Shown here: positions 48,498 through 57,932 of the stretch, piece by piece
How positions within the stretch are numbered: the first letter of the stretch is position 1
Layout of the letters: each line of letters begins with the position of its first letter
Assembly (NCBI GenBank): GCA_036918135.1
Contig: JBALDB010000010.1
Coordinates: 1 to 57,932 of the forward strand
DNA: 57,932 bases
DNA from: Nostoc sp.
GTDB lineage: Bacteria > Cyanobacteriota > Cyanobacteriia > Cyanobacteriales > Nostocaceae
Direction: 5' to 3'
Notes under the pieces: model-generated
Database searches by the model: none
Told to the model about the DNA's origin: nothing
The model's input: the letters and a program-made list of their open reading frames with translations, nothing else
Position numbers and translations under genes: made by a program

Positions 48498-51320
48498 TTA
48501 AAACCTTTCGCCAATACCAAAATTAATTCGGCTATCACCGTCATCATTGATACCGTAGTCAATGCGAATTGGCCCTAAGGGAGACTGGACGCGAACCCCA
48601 ACACCATAACCGTAGCCAGTGCCGTTTTTATTCAGTACTTCCGCTGGTCTGGTAGTGGTTCCCAAATCACTACCGATATCAAAAAATAGTGCGCCACTAA
48701 CTACTGAAAAAACTGGAAACCGATACTCAACAGATGCTTGCACGTAACTACGTCCACTGCTTAATGCTCCTTCGTCATAACCTCGAACCGAGTTGCTACC
48801 GCCAAGGGTAAAGGCTTCGTAGGGAGGCAAGTCACCAAAAATAGTTCCTGCTTGCAGATTAAATGCTAGGGTTTGTGCCCCTTTGCTGAGGCGAATCAAC
48901 TGCACGGGGAAATATTGACTGTAGCTTCCGCGTAATCTCGTAAGTAAAATATTACCCGATCCTATGGGTAGTGATTGATCGACCCCGAAGCGGAGATAAG
49001 AACCGCTAGTGGGTTGGAGAGGATTATTACGCAGATCGCGCTGTGTTCCCAGTTGTAACAGTAATAAATCGTCCTGACCTGTACCAGAGAAGCTCAATGG
49101 AACTTCTTCATTACTGATGCGATTACCATCATCGTCAAATAGCGCTCCTGTTCTTCTGATATTGCCATCAGCATCTTGAGTGGTAACTCGTTGATACTGT
49201 AGACCTGCGGAGGCAGTCCAAACTGAACTTTTGTAGGGATTGGAGGATAGGGGACGGGTAAAAGTGACACCACCACCTAGACGGACAACACGGGGGCGAT
49301 CCTGAGCGTCTGTATCTGCAGGATTATCTGGATTAAATGTTCTTATATCTTGATCTTGCCCATCAAAAATCAGTGAAATGGAACTGCGGCGAAAAATATT
49401 AGTTGTGTAGGAAGTCCGGTAAGGATCTCCTGCAATCCAGGGATCGGTAAACCGTAGGTCAAACAGCAGTTCCCTTTCTCCCACCTGTATTTCTGCTCCC
49501 AGTTTTTGATTTCTGCCATTCAGGTTTTGCTGTTGATAGCTGACTGTACCAAAAAGTCCGCTAGCAGAACTAATCCCCGCCCCAGCAGCAATAGAACCGC
49601 TACTACGTTCAGCCACATTTACTACTACATCCACCTTACTGGGGTCAGTACCAGGGTCAAGGGAGACATTCACATCCTCAAATAGTCCTAGTCCATACAC
49701 GCGCTGTAGGTCTTTTTGGACTGTATTGCGGTTGAATACCTGTCCTGGCTTTAATTCCAACTCTCGTGTAATGATGTAAGGCTGTGTCTTTCCGCGAATG
49801 GGTTGTCCTTTCTCGTCTGTTTCCTGACCATCTTTATTGCGGAACCGGACTCGAATGTTTTCTACTACCCCTTCTGCTACTTGCAAGGTAACAATTCCGT
49901 TTTCAGAGACTTGAGGCGCTCCAATTACATTGGCTAGTACGTAACCTTGGTCTTGATACCGCTTGTTTAACTGCTTGATCCCTTCCTGTAAATCACGCAA
50001 GTTCAGAATTTTACCATACTGGTCGCGAAATACTTCATCTACAGTGCTAGGTGGTAGTACCGAGGGAACACCAGTGCCAGGATTGGCTTGTACTTGTACC
50101 TTAGTCAGGACGGGGTTAGGCTGTACCACAAAGCTCACCCGTACTCCCAAGGGAGTGTCTTCTGGGGTTGCTTGGACATTCGAGAAGAAGCCAGTACCAA
50201 AGATGGCATTAATATCTTCTTGCAGTTGGCTGCGGGTTGTTGTTCGTCCAGGTTGAGTACGAATGACTCTATAAACTTGTTCTTCCAATTCTGGTGATAG
50301 TTGCCCAGCTTGCGACCTAACTACTACTTCCGACACCAGTACGCGGGGATCGGTGGCTTCTGGGGCTACGCCCGGTTGTGTATTTTCTGGAGTAGTGCTG
50401 GGGGCTGGGGCAGGTGTTCGTTGTTGATTATCTGGCAGGGGAATGTCGGGTGTATTTTCTGGAGTAGTGCTGGGGGCTGGGGCAGGTATTCGTTGTTGAT
50501 TATCTGGGAATGGAATGTCGGGTGTATTTTCTGGAGTAGTGCTGGGGGCTGGAGCAGGTGTTCGTTGTTGATTATTTGGGAATGGAATGTCGGGAGTAGA
50601 AGATGGCTGTTGAGTATCTCCTGGAGTTGTGGGTAATAAAGGTTCTGTTGCAGGGGGATTACTATTTTCCGGGGCTGGAGTAGTCTCAGGAGTAGGGGAA
50701 GGCGTTGGTTGTTGAATATTTGGGAATGGGAGGTCTGGGGTTGGAGATGGCTGTTGAGTAGGGTTAGGATTTGTTTGAGGGGTTTGTGCCGTTGTTCGTG
50801 TTGTGGTTGGCACTCTCACCTCTGGCGTAGCGTAGACACGGAGCAGTGAGGGGGTCGCAGTCTTGGACGCCACATCCTCCACTTGGGGAGCCACCCCCGT
50901 GGCCGGGTTTCCCGACTTGAGGGGAGTGGCGTGAGACCCCAAGACCGGAGTGGCTCCGCTTCCTGTCGTTAGCGAAGCGGTAGTGACATTAGGAGCGTCA
51001 CCTCCGAACCCCTTGGCGTACCCTCTCGTAGAGAAGGGCTTATCGTCAGACATCGCTGCTGTTTTTTTACCAGGGAAAACTGCGACAACACGGGACTGGA
51101 GATGCTCCGCTTTTGCAACCTCTGTGGGATTGGGTCGAGTTTGTAGACTATTACTAGAGTCACCCTGACCAGTGTCTTTTTCTGGCTGTTGATTGGTTTC
51201 TAGTGTCAAAACTTCTGTTGTCTGTTTTGAAGTTTTGGCGGTTTGTGCATTCGCACTTGGTGAGCCGTACAAAGGCACTGTAATTGCCACTGCTGTCAGC
51301 AATACGGGAGATAAACGCAT
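48498..51320 (-). CDS. bamA: Omp85/BamA outer-membrane protein (Toc75-like) with Pro-rich N-terminus
   Basis: POTRA domains, GGSNSVRGY, SPLGPIRIDYG, C-terminal FGIGERF. Confidence 0.95.
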   Translation of the reverse strand: MRLSPVLLTAVAITVPLYGSPSANAQTAKTSKQTTEVLTLETNQQPEKDTGQGDSSNSLQTRPNPTEVAKAEHLQSRVVAVFPGKKTAAMSDDKPFSTRGYAKGFGGDAPNVTTASLTTGSGATPVLGSHATPLKSGNPATGVAPQVEDVASKTATPSLLRVYATPEVRVPTTTRTTAQTPQTNPNPTQQPSPTPDLPFPNIQQPTPSPTPETTPAPENSNPPATEPLLPTTPGDTQQPSSTPDIPFPNNQQRTPAPAPSTTPENTPDIPFPDNQQRIPAPAPSTTPENTPDIPLPDNQQRTPAPAPSTTPENTQPGVAPEATDPRVLVSEVVVRSQAGQLSPELEEQVYRVIRTQPGRTTTRSQLQEDINAIFGTGFFSNVQATPEDTPLGVRVSFVVQPNPVLTKVQVQANPGTGVPSVLPPSTVDEVFRDQYGKILNLRDLQEGIKQLNKRYQDQGYVLANVIGAPQVSENGIVTLQVAEGVVENIRVRFRNKDGQETDEKGQPIRGKTQPYIITRELELKPGQVFNRNTVQKDLQRVYGLGLFEDVNVSLDPGTDPSKVDVVVNVAERSSGSIAAGAGISSASGLFGTVSYQQQNLNGRNQKLGAEIQVGERELLFDLRFTDPWIAGDPYRTSYTTNIFRRSSISLIFDGQDQDIRTFNPDNPADTDAQDRPRVVRLGGGVTFTRPLSSNPYKSSVWTASAGLQYQRVTTQDADGNIRRTGALFDDDGNRISNEEVPLSFSGTGQDDLLLLQLGTQRDLRNNPLQPTSGSYLRFGVDQSLPIGSGNILLTRLRGSYSQYFPVQLIRLSKGAQTLAFNLQAGTIFGDLPPYEAFTLGGSNSVRGYDEGALSSGRSYVQASVEYRFPVFSVVSGALFFDIGSDLGTTTRPAEVLNKNGTGYGYGVGVRVQSPLGPIRIDYGINDDGDSRINFGIGERF
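50379..50597 (-). repeat. 72-bp tandem repeat x3 within bamA
   Basis: TGTATTTTCTGGAGTAGTGC recurs at 50379, 50451, 50523; unit TPDIPFPNNQQRTPAPAPSTTPEN. Confidence 0.9.
50833..51051 (-). mobile_element. 219-bp in-frame nested SDR insertion in a HIP1 site of bamA
   Basis: Flanks GCG (50830-32) and ATCGC (51052-56) rejoin to GCGATCGC; GC-rich palindromic content. Confidence 0.75.
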
Positions 51321-51471
51321 TTTACTTATGATTCCTCTTCACAACCACACCATCACAAATTAGTCATTAGTCATTAGTCATTGGTCATTGGTTTTTCTAC
51401 AAATGACAAAGGACGTAGGACAAATGATAAATGACAATCCACACTTTAATTGATTTTTCCCCATTTTCCAT

Positions 51472-52209
51472 TTAATTATTACTCTCTACTGCTTTTAGTA
51501 CTCGCTGTAAAACCTCCTGGTAAGCATCCTCTACATTGCCTAAATCACGACGAAAGCGGTCTTTGTCCATTACCCGGCGATTTGAGTCTTGTTCTGCTGT
51601 ATCCCACAAACGGCAGGTGTCGGGGCTAATTTCATCTGCCAAGAGCAACTGCTGTTGTGAGTCCAAACCAAATTCTAGTTTGAAGTCTACTAGAGTAATG
51701 TCGCACCGCTCCCAAAAGCCACCGAGAAACTCGTTGATTTGCAATGCTAGATGTGTAATTGCATCGACTTGTTCCGGCGTGGCTAGTTCTAGCAGGTACA
51801 GGCGATCGCGTGTCAACAAAGGATCTCCTAATGGATCGTTTTTGTAATAAAACTCTACCAAAGGCTGTTTCAGAATTGTACCCACTGGTAAGCCTGTTTG
51901 TTGACACAGACTGCCAGCAGCAATATTTCTAATCACTACTTCTAAGGGCAAAATCTTTACTGCTCTCACCCGCATCTGATTCGGGGCAGGGCTATCGATA
52001 AAGTGAGTCTTTATACCATTTGCCTCTAGTTGTTTAAAAAGCTGGCTGGAAATGCTACAATTAATTTCTCCTTTTCCTTGAATACTGCCACGCTTTTGCG
52101 CGTTAAACGCGGTGGCATCATCCTTAAAATCAGCCAACAAGACTCCCGGATCGTCCGTTGTATAAAGAATTTTCGCTTTCCCTTCGTATAGCTTGGAATT
52201 AACAAACAT
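51472..52209 (-). CDS. purC: SAICAR synthase
   Basis: LYEGKAK, FKDDATAFN, LVDFKLEFG, ADEISPDTCRLWD. Confidence 0.98.
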   Translation of the reverse strand: MFVNSKLYEGKAKILYTTDDPGVLLADFKDDATAFNAQKRGSIQGKGEINCSISSQLFKQLEANGIKTHFIDSPAPNQMRVRAVKILPLEVVIRNIAAGSLCQQTGLPVGTILKQPLVEFYYKNDPLGDPLLTRDRLYLLELATPEQVDAITHLALQINEFLGGFWERCDITLVDFKLEFGLDSQQQLLLADEISPDTCRLWDTAEQDSNRRVMDKDRFRRDLGNVEDAYQEVLQRVLKAVESNN

Positions 52210-52314
52210 AGTGGTAGGTTAAGTTCTAGGCGATGGGCAATTTTTGTCCTTTGAGGCTTAACCATTTTATCTTTAGTTATTAACCATTAGCGATCGGGGA
52301 TTGGAGACTGGGGA

Positions 52315-52660
52315 CTAGTACCGCCGTGAAGTCAAAAGTCAAGGCTTCGGCTTCTCTACGAGACGCTACGCCCAGCCTTGCTTAAGAGCAGGGGTACGCT
52401 CAGCCTTGAAAGAGAGCGCAGTCAAAGGGTCAAAAGTCAAAAGTATTATGGAATGGGCTTTTTAGGGGTTTCAAATGGTTGCTCGTCTTGCGAAGTGACG
52501 CTCCTGTCTTGAAAAGTTCAGATCGGCGGAAGCCGCCGCTCCGACTTTTCGCTGCGTCGCTAACACTGCGCTAACTGATGCCTCCGGCAAGCTGCCCTCC
52601 GGGCGTCTACGGCGGGAACCGCCGCTCAGACTTTGTACTATTTATGCCGTGGCGTACTAG
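52315..52660. mobile_element. CTAGTAC-ended MITE carrying nested SDR micro-elements
   Basis: CTAGTAC...GTACTAG ends, GTCAAAA heptamers, multiple GC-rich hairpins. Confidence 0.65.
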
Positions 52661-53317
52661 TAGTGTTGCAAGGGAAGTTTGCGGAGTTTAAAAGTATCAA
52701 AGTACGCTTCGAGAGCAACTTAGATTATGGATTGAAAGAAAAATCTCAAATCTAAAATTGCATGACTTCCTACTCCCTGGATTCAATCCTTGCCTACAAA
52801 TATGAAAATATTTATAAAAGTCTAGTTTTTGGGTTAATAGTTAGCGGTCAGGAGCCGATTACTAAAGATTCACAACTCAATCTCTAACTTTTAACAGAAG
52901 ACAATTGAATTTAGTAAGTAGTAAGTTTTTCATGTGTAATTTATGATTGAGAATTTACTTGTAATTATTTTTGCAAAGATAATTAGCTAGTATAAAAGTA
53001 TATATTAATACTTAGTAAATAGGGGTTTTTAGCGAAGTTAATTAGAATCTGAATTTCATAAATTAAGATGAGATAAATTGACAATGGGAGGAAAGTTAAA
53101 TATTCTCTCTAGTCACTTTGGTAGGGACTTTATTTGTAAAGTTTACGGTGGAAGTATTTCAAGCTTTATCCACTAGCTTCAATATCTGAATCGACCAATT
53201 TCCACATTAACGGTTGGAAATGGAGTTTAAAGATTCGGTTTCCCCAGTTTGATAAAAGAAAGATTGGGGTAGCTAGTGATTCAGCTTCTAAAATTCAAAC
53301 AAAAGAGAATTTAATAA

Positions 53318-53590
53318 ATGGAGAGAAAAATAGTGAATAAGGATGATTTTCTCTATCCTCGTGGCCGCTACTACGGTCAAGTCAAGCCAGAAAACTTAGT
53401 TTTTAACGCGAATCTACAGGAATTTGCCCAAAAAGTAAGCTACATTTGCAACTTAGAAACAGGTGGAAAACTGCCTCCAGATGAAGCTTACGACCAAATA
53501 AAGGATCTTTGGAAACAGTTGAAACGCTCAAAAAAAGAATTGAGAATCGGTGAAGATCCCTTTCAAAATAACGAGGACGTTGAAGGTTGA
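53318..53590 (+). CDS. conserved cyanobacterial small protein of unknown function
   Basis: FLYPRGRYYG..PENLVFNANLQEFAQKVSYICNLETGGK, recognisable conserved family. Confidence 0.85.
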   Translation: MERKIVNKDDFLYPRGRYYGQVKPENLVFNANLQEFAQKVSYICNLETGGKLPPDEAYDQIKDLWKQLKRSKKELRIGEDPFQNNEDVEG

Positions 53591-53741
53591 AAGAGGGACG
53601 AGCCAAATGTGGTTCGACTTCGGGGTAGTTGAATCTCGACTTCGCTCGATTTTTGCGTAGTCGAAACTCACTAATCGGGGTATAAGGAGCAGTCTTTCCC
53701 CTCTGCCCCTGTGCCCCCCTACCTCTTTCCATAGCCAATAA

Positions 53742-56336
53742 CTACTTAGCAAGCGTTGTCCAAACACCATCCCAAGACTCTGGAGGTAGCGTTTGTAAGT
53801 AATTACAAGCACGTTCTAAATGGATATTCACAGCTTGGTCTTCGGGTTTGATGCGTTTAGCGGCTCCAAAACAAGCGATCGCTTGGGAAAAATTACGCGA
53901 TAAATAAGCTGAGCGTCCAGTATGATAGTGAAACAAAAACTCTTGAGTGCTGGCATCTAAAGGAATACTGCGATCGCCAATTAGCTCGTATATATTCACT
54001 GCTTGGTGCTTGCCTTTGACTCGAATTCTATCTAACTGACGCACCCAAATGCGATCGCTGCAAAGTTTGTAAGTAAATTCACTTAAAATAATATCACAAC
54101 CATATTCCTTAGTTACTGCTTCCAAGCGCGAACTCAAATTTACACCGTCACCAATTACGGTATAATCCATGCGCTTGCGAGAACCAATATTGCCCGAAAC
54201 TACTTCTCCAGAACTAATGCCAATACCAATACGGATTTGTGGCTGTGCTTGGATAATTCGTCGCTGGTTAAATTCCTCTAAGCGTTGTCGCATATCTAAC
54301 GCCGATTGTATAGCCCTCCAAGCATGATTTTCTGTCAGTGGTAGTGGCGCACCAAATACCGCCATTAAGGCATCACCAATAAATTTATCGAGAGTCCCTT
54401 CATAGTTAAAAACTGCCTCTACCATTGTTTCAAAATACTGATTCAGTAGCGATACCACTTCAGCCGCACCGATATTTTCCGTAAGTGTTGTATAGCCACG
54501 GATATCTGAAAATAAAATGGTTACTTCCTTGCGCTCGCTCACCATTAAGCCATCTTCCCCCAAAGCCATAACTTGTTCGGCTACATGGGGTGTCAAGTAA
54601 CGGGACATGGCAGTTTTCATCCGTTTTTCCTGACTAATGTCTTCTAACACCACTAAACCACCCCGGACACTGCCTTCTGGGTTAGTCAAAGGATTAACAG
54701 TAAGATTGATACTGCGTTCTAATATTTGCACGCGAGCGGATGTAAGAAACTCAGATTTGGGAGTCAGGGGTTGATTCCAAGGAATAAAAATATCGGGATT
54801 ATGGCGATCGCGTACTGCTAAACTTAAGTACTGAGTTTTGAGTGCCCAGTCCTGAGTTTCATTCAGCACTCGGCAATCAGCGCTTGTAACTTGATAAAGT
54901 CCTACTATCAAACTTTGCTCTGGTACATAATGTTTAGCTCCAGTTTTTAAACTATCTTCTAACCGCATTTGGAGATTTTCAATCGGCACAACTTCCCAAA
55001 CTCGGCGACCAATCAAATTTTGTTCCCACAAAAGTTTGTTGCTTTTGGTATTAGCATCTCCTATAGGACAACCTAATAACTCTAATGCTGCATCGTTAAT
55101 TGTGACGATTTTTCCTGCCATATCTGTAGAGATCACAGCATCAGAAAGACTTTGCAGAATGTCTTTTTGATACTGTTTTTCTAACAAGACATTTTCAAAC
55201 AGCCGAGCATTTTCTAAAGCAATTCCTGCTTGGATATTAAAAGCCCGCATAAACTCTTCATCAGAGGCAGTAAAACTACTTTTTTGTTTATTAATTAATT
55301 GGGTGACGCCAATCAATTCATTTGCCGAATTAAAGACTGGCAAACACAAAATATTGCGAGTTACATATCCAGTTTTTCTATCTGTAGTCGGGTCAAAGCG
55401 GGGGTCTTTATAGGCATCAGGAATGTTTAGGGCTTCACCAGTAGAAGCTACATAGCCAGCAATGCCACGATTAGCAGGAATGCGAATTTCTATTAAATTT
55501 ATGCCATCCACCGCTGCTACTTTTGTCCAGAGTTCGCTCATTTCTTTACGATATAAAAACAGCGTGCTGCGGTCTGCTTGCATTAAAATTCGAGCTTGCT
55601 CCATGACTATTTGTAAAGTTGCTTCTAAGTCCAGACTTTGCCCTAGTGTTTGAGTTGCCCGCAACAAAGCTGTTGCCCCTCTTTGATTGCGAGCGGCTAC
55701 ATAAAAAGATTGACAACTTTCTAGGATAATTCCAATAGAAGCAGCAAAATCTCGAAAACGTTCTTCATCATCATAATTAAATGGAATATTCCCAGTTTTA
55801 TTTGCTAGTTGTACCACTGCCACAGTTTGGTTTTTACTACTAACAACTGGCATACATAAAATATTATGAATTTTATAGCCCATTTGTTTTTCTAGTTCGG
55901 GGCTAAATAAGGGGTGAGTATAAGTTTCAGATATATTTAGATATTGACCTGTACTAGCAACATAACCGGGAATTCCTACTGTGATGGGAGTACGAATTTC
56001 TAAGAATTTTTGAGTATTATCTTGGGGAACTTTTGACCAAAGTTGACCTTTGTCATGGTCAACTAAAAAAATAGCTGTGTGTTCTGCTTGGAGAATTTGA
56101 CCAATTTTTAGCGTAATCGCTTCTAGGACTTTCTCCAACATCGTTTCTAGAGCTTCATTATTAATTAGTTCAATGGCTCTAAGAAATTGTTGAAACTCAG
56201 CAGTTATGAAGTCAAGTAAGCAAACAAATTCATTAACAGATAAATCTTTAACGCGACGCAGTAGGGCGTGAGTACGATTAACTTGAGTCAGTTCAGTTAA
56301 TGTAGCCAAGACGCTGCCAGGGTTAGGGAGTGTCAT
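53742..56336 (-). CDS. cyaB1: class III adenylate cyclase, GAF-GAF-PAS-cyclase (CyaB1)
   Basis: Two GAFs with NK..F..DE motifs, PAS, FSDIRGYT, DKFIGD, DYTVIGDGVNLSSRLE; N-terminus as Anabaena CyaB1. Confidence 0.93.
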   Translation of the reverse strand: MTLPNPGSVLATLTELTQVNRTHALLRRVKDLSVNEFVCLLDFITAEFQQFLRAIELINNEALETMLEKVLEAITLKIGQILQAEHTAIFLVDHDKGQLWSKVPQDNTQKFLEIRTPITVGIPGYVASTGQYLNISETYTHPLFSPELEKQMGYKIHNILCMPVVSSKNQTVAVVQLANKTGNIPFNYDDEERFRDFAASIGIILESCQSFYVAARNQRGATALLRATQTLGQSLDLEATLQIVMEQARILMQADRSTLFLYRKEMSELWTKVAAVDGINLIEIRIPANRGIAGYVASTGEALNIPDAYKDPRFDPTTDRKTGYVTRNILCLPVFNSANELIGVTQLINKQKSSFTASDEEFMRAFNIQAGIALENARLFENVLLEKQYQKDILQSLSDAVISTDMAGKIVTINDAALELLGCPIGDANTKSNKLLWEQNLIGRRVWEVVPIENLQMRLEDSLKTGAKHYVPEQSLIVGLYQVTSADCRVLNETQDWALKTQYLSLAVRDRHNPDIFIPWNQPLTPKSEFLTSARVQILERSINLTVNPLTNPEGSVRGGLVVLEDISQEKRMKTAMSRYLTPHVAEQVMALGEDGLMVSERKEVTILFSDIRGYTTLTENIGAAEVVSLLNQYFETMVEAVFNYEGTLDKFIGDALMAVFGAPLPLTENHAWRAIQSALDMRQRLEEFNQRRIIQAQPQIRIGIGISSGEVVSGNIGSRKRMDYTVIGDGVNLSSRLEAVTKEYGCDIILSEFTYKLCSDRIWVRQLDRIRVKGKHQAVNIYELIGDRSIPLDASTQEFLFHYHTGRSAYLSRNFSQAIACFGAAKRIKPEDQAVNIHLERACNYLQTLPPESWDGVWTTLAK

Positions 56337-56339
56337 GGG

Positions 56340-56520
56340 AATTTTAAATTTTAGATTTTAAATTTTAGATTTTAGATTTTGGGCATTGGGTATGGGGGGT
56401 GTGGGAGGTGTGGGAGGTGTGGGAGGATGGGCAAGAAATCTTTCTCCCCTCTCTCCCCACACTCCCCACACTTCCCTATCTCCTTATCTCCCCATCTCCT
56501 CATCTTCCCCATCTCCCCTA
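56340..56520. repeat. STRR repeats (ATTTTAG array plus element copy 4 of 4)
   Basis: GTGTGGGAGGATGGGCAAGAAATCTTTCTCCCCTCTCTCCCCACAC. Confidence 0.75.
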
Positions 56521-57648
56521 TTTTGTCAATTGTTGAGAAAATGTGACCTTTTGATAGTAATCTTGTAGCTGGCAAGTAGCAGCTGCCCAACCCCAAGTTT
56601 CTGCTTCCCGGCGAGCATTTTGACGGATGATGTCTCGTTGTTGTTTCTGCTCTAAGAGGCGGACAGTAGCGGCCAATGCTCCTTGAACATCTGCTGTTGG
56701 TTCAAACAGATATCCATTAACTCCATCTGTCACAATATCAGGGATTCCTCCAGAACGGGCTGCTACCACCGGACAGCCAGCTGCCATTGCTTCTAGTAGT
56801 ACCAAACCTAGTGTTTCAGTTCGAGAAGGAAAAATAAAGGCATCAGCACTGGCAAAGGCAGAACCTAACTCTTGTCCTATAAGATAGCCAACAAAATAAG
56901 TGTTTGTCCCAGCAAAGTGTTTTTCCAGTGCTTGGCGGTGCGGGCCATCCCCAACCAATGCTAATCGCGCTTCGGGAATTGCTTCTAAAATTGGTTTGAT
57001 GCGCTCAATTTCTTTTTCAGCGGAAAGACGCCCAACGTAAAGTAGTAAGGGACTTTCTGGATGATTTTGTGAGAGACGCGATCGCATCTCTATACTAGCT
57101 AAATCGGGATGAAATAATTCCGTATCCACCCCACGCTGCCATAAATCTACCCGTTCAATACCGTGTGCTGACAGTTCCTCCATCATCGCTGTGGAGGTAC
57201 ACAAATTCAAAGCTGCTTGATTATGAGCGCCTTTAAGCAGTTCCCAAAGCAGTCCTTCTAGCATTCCTAAGCCGTAATGCTGAAGATACTGGGGTAAATG
57301 AGTATGATAAGACGCAACTAAGGGGATTTTGAGGATTTTGCTATAAAATATCCCAGATAAACCCAAAACTGCTGGATTCACCACATGAATAATATCTGGC
57401 TGAAACTTTTCTAAGGCATAACCAATGGCTGGGCGGGGAAGTGCCATTTTTAATTCTGGATACAATGGCAGAGGAAAGCCAGTAACGCCGTAAACTTTAG
57501 CGCCTTTATGTTCTGTGATGCCTCCCTCAGGGGCAATCACCAGCACTTGATTACCATTGCGTTGTAGATGGTCAACGGTGTGGCGCAGGCGCGTTACAAT
57601 CCCGTCAACCTTGGGTAAAAAGGTTTCGGTGAACAGGGCAATTCTCAT
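56518..57648 (-). CDS. sqdX: sulfoquinovosyltransferase (GT4)
   Basis: MRIALFTETFLPKVDGIVTRL, ASYHTHLP, ETLGLVLLEAMAAG. Confidence 0.88.
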   Translation of the reverse strand: MRIALFTETFLPKVDGIVTRLRHTVDHLQRNGNQVLVIAPEGGITEHKGAKVYGVTGFPLPLYPELKMALPRPAIGYALEKFQPDIIHVVNPAVLGLSGIFYSKILKIPLVASYHTHLPQYLQHYGLGMLEGLLWELLKGAHNQAALNLCTSTAMMEELSAHGIERVDLWQRGVDTELFHPDLASIEMRSRLSQNHPESPLLLYVGRLSAEKEIERIKPILEAIPEARLALVGDGPHRQALEKHFAGTNTYFVGYLIGQELGSAFASADAFIFPSRTETLGLVLLEAMAAGCPVVAARSGGIPDIVTDGVNGYLFEPTADVQGALAATVRLLEQKQQRDIIRQNARREAETWGWAAATCQLQDYYQKVTFSQQLTK

Positions 57649-57745
57649 AAAAAACTATTCAGTCCAAGCAGATAATCCCAGCTTTTCTTACGTTTCGGTC
57701 TCAAAGACAGAGTAAACTATCTCCCGTGATGTAATCAATTCTGTT

Positions 57746-57844
57746 GTGGAATTCTCTATTCAAGAAATCACTAATCGTAAAGGCGAAATCGCTGAGGGCA
57801 TTTTGCGCTTGCTGCCTGATTGGTTCGGTATTGAGTCAACGTGA
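57746..57844 (+). pseudogene. 5' fragment of a probable GNAT acetyltransferase interrupted by an IS
   Basis: GTG start, EFSIQEITNRKGEIAEGILRLLPDWFGIEST*; stop codon lies inside the IS terminal repeat. Confidence 0.5.
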
Positions 57845-57932
57845 GTTCGACGGAACTAAAAAATGGTAGGAGGTAGTGCAGGCAAATCTTTTGGGTAAAT
57901 GTCAATCGAGGGTTTTTTAGGCAAATAGGTAT
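57839..57932 (-). mobile_element. 3' end of an IS982-family insertion sequence
   Basis: Minus strand TYLPKKPSIDIYPKDLPALPPTIF* (stop 57856-58), like IS982 transposase C-termini; terminus ACGTGAGTTCGACGG begins with AC. Confidence 0.7.

Noticed and set aside
50379..50597. Regular repeats resembling a CRISPR array
   Set aside because: No unique spacers; in-frame coding tandem repeat; no cas genes in window
52661..53317. Long AT-rich spacer as hidden gene or riboswitch
   Set aside because: No ORF of 60 aa or more and no motif I can support
229..55653. Numerous short antisense ORFs nested in long genes (e.g. 930-1169, 23911-24216, 38734-39102, 53403-53738)
   Set aside because: Shadow frames of well-supported genes with no independent evidence
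1..57932. tRNA, rRNA, prophage, integron or retron/RT genes
   Set aside because: None recognised on either strand

Overview
Chromosomal segment of a heterocystous cyanobacterium (Nostoc-like: AT-rich, many HIP1 GCGATCGC octamers, heptameric STRR repeats, SDR micro-elements). Both ends run into insertion sequences: an IS5-family 3' end on the left and an IS982-family 3' end, inserted in a small GNAT gene, on the right. The left part (4-21 kb) is a phycobilisome cluster: an atypical coiled-coil linker, cpeC-cpeD-cpeS-cpeT-cpeR (no cpeE), aplA/nblB-like, a pentapeptide protein, cpeU-pebA-pebB and cpcB-A-H-I-D-E-F. Then come putA, an RTX protein, a GAF-PAS histidine kinase, split GDT1, psb30, recJ, an sbp-pstS-pstC-pstA-pstB operon, the purC-bamA-lpxC-fabZ-lpxA-lpxB-C5 methyltransferase block, cyaB1 and sqdX. 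Best leads: (1) a divergent sulfate-binding protein heading a Pst-type ABC operon whose PstS lacks the canonical GSST motif, with a perfect palindrome just after a TATAAT box; (2) a 219-bp in-frame stack of mobile micro-repeats inserted exactly into a HIP1 site of bamA; (3) a phycobilisome linker with a duplicated coiled-coil tail instead of a CpcD domain; (4) strong Met/Cys depletion in CpcA and the rod linkers. All family assignments come from motif recognition by eye, not database searches.
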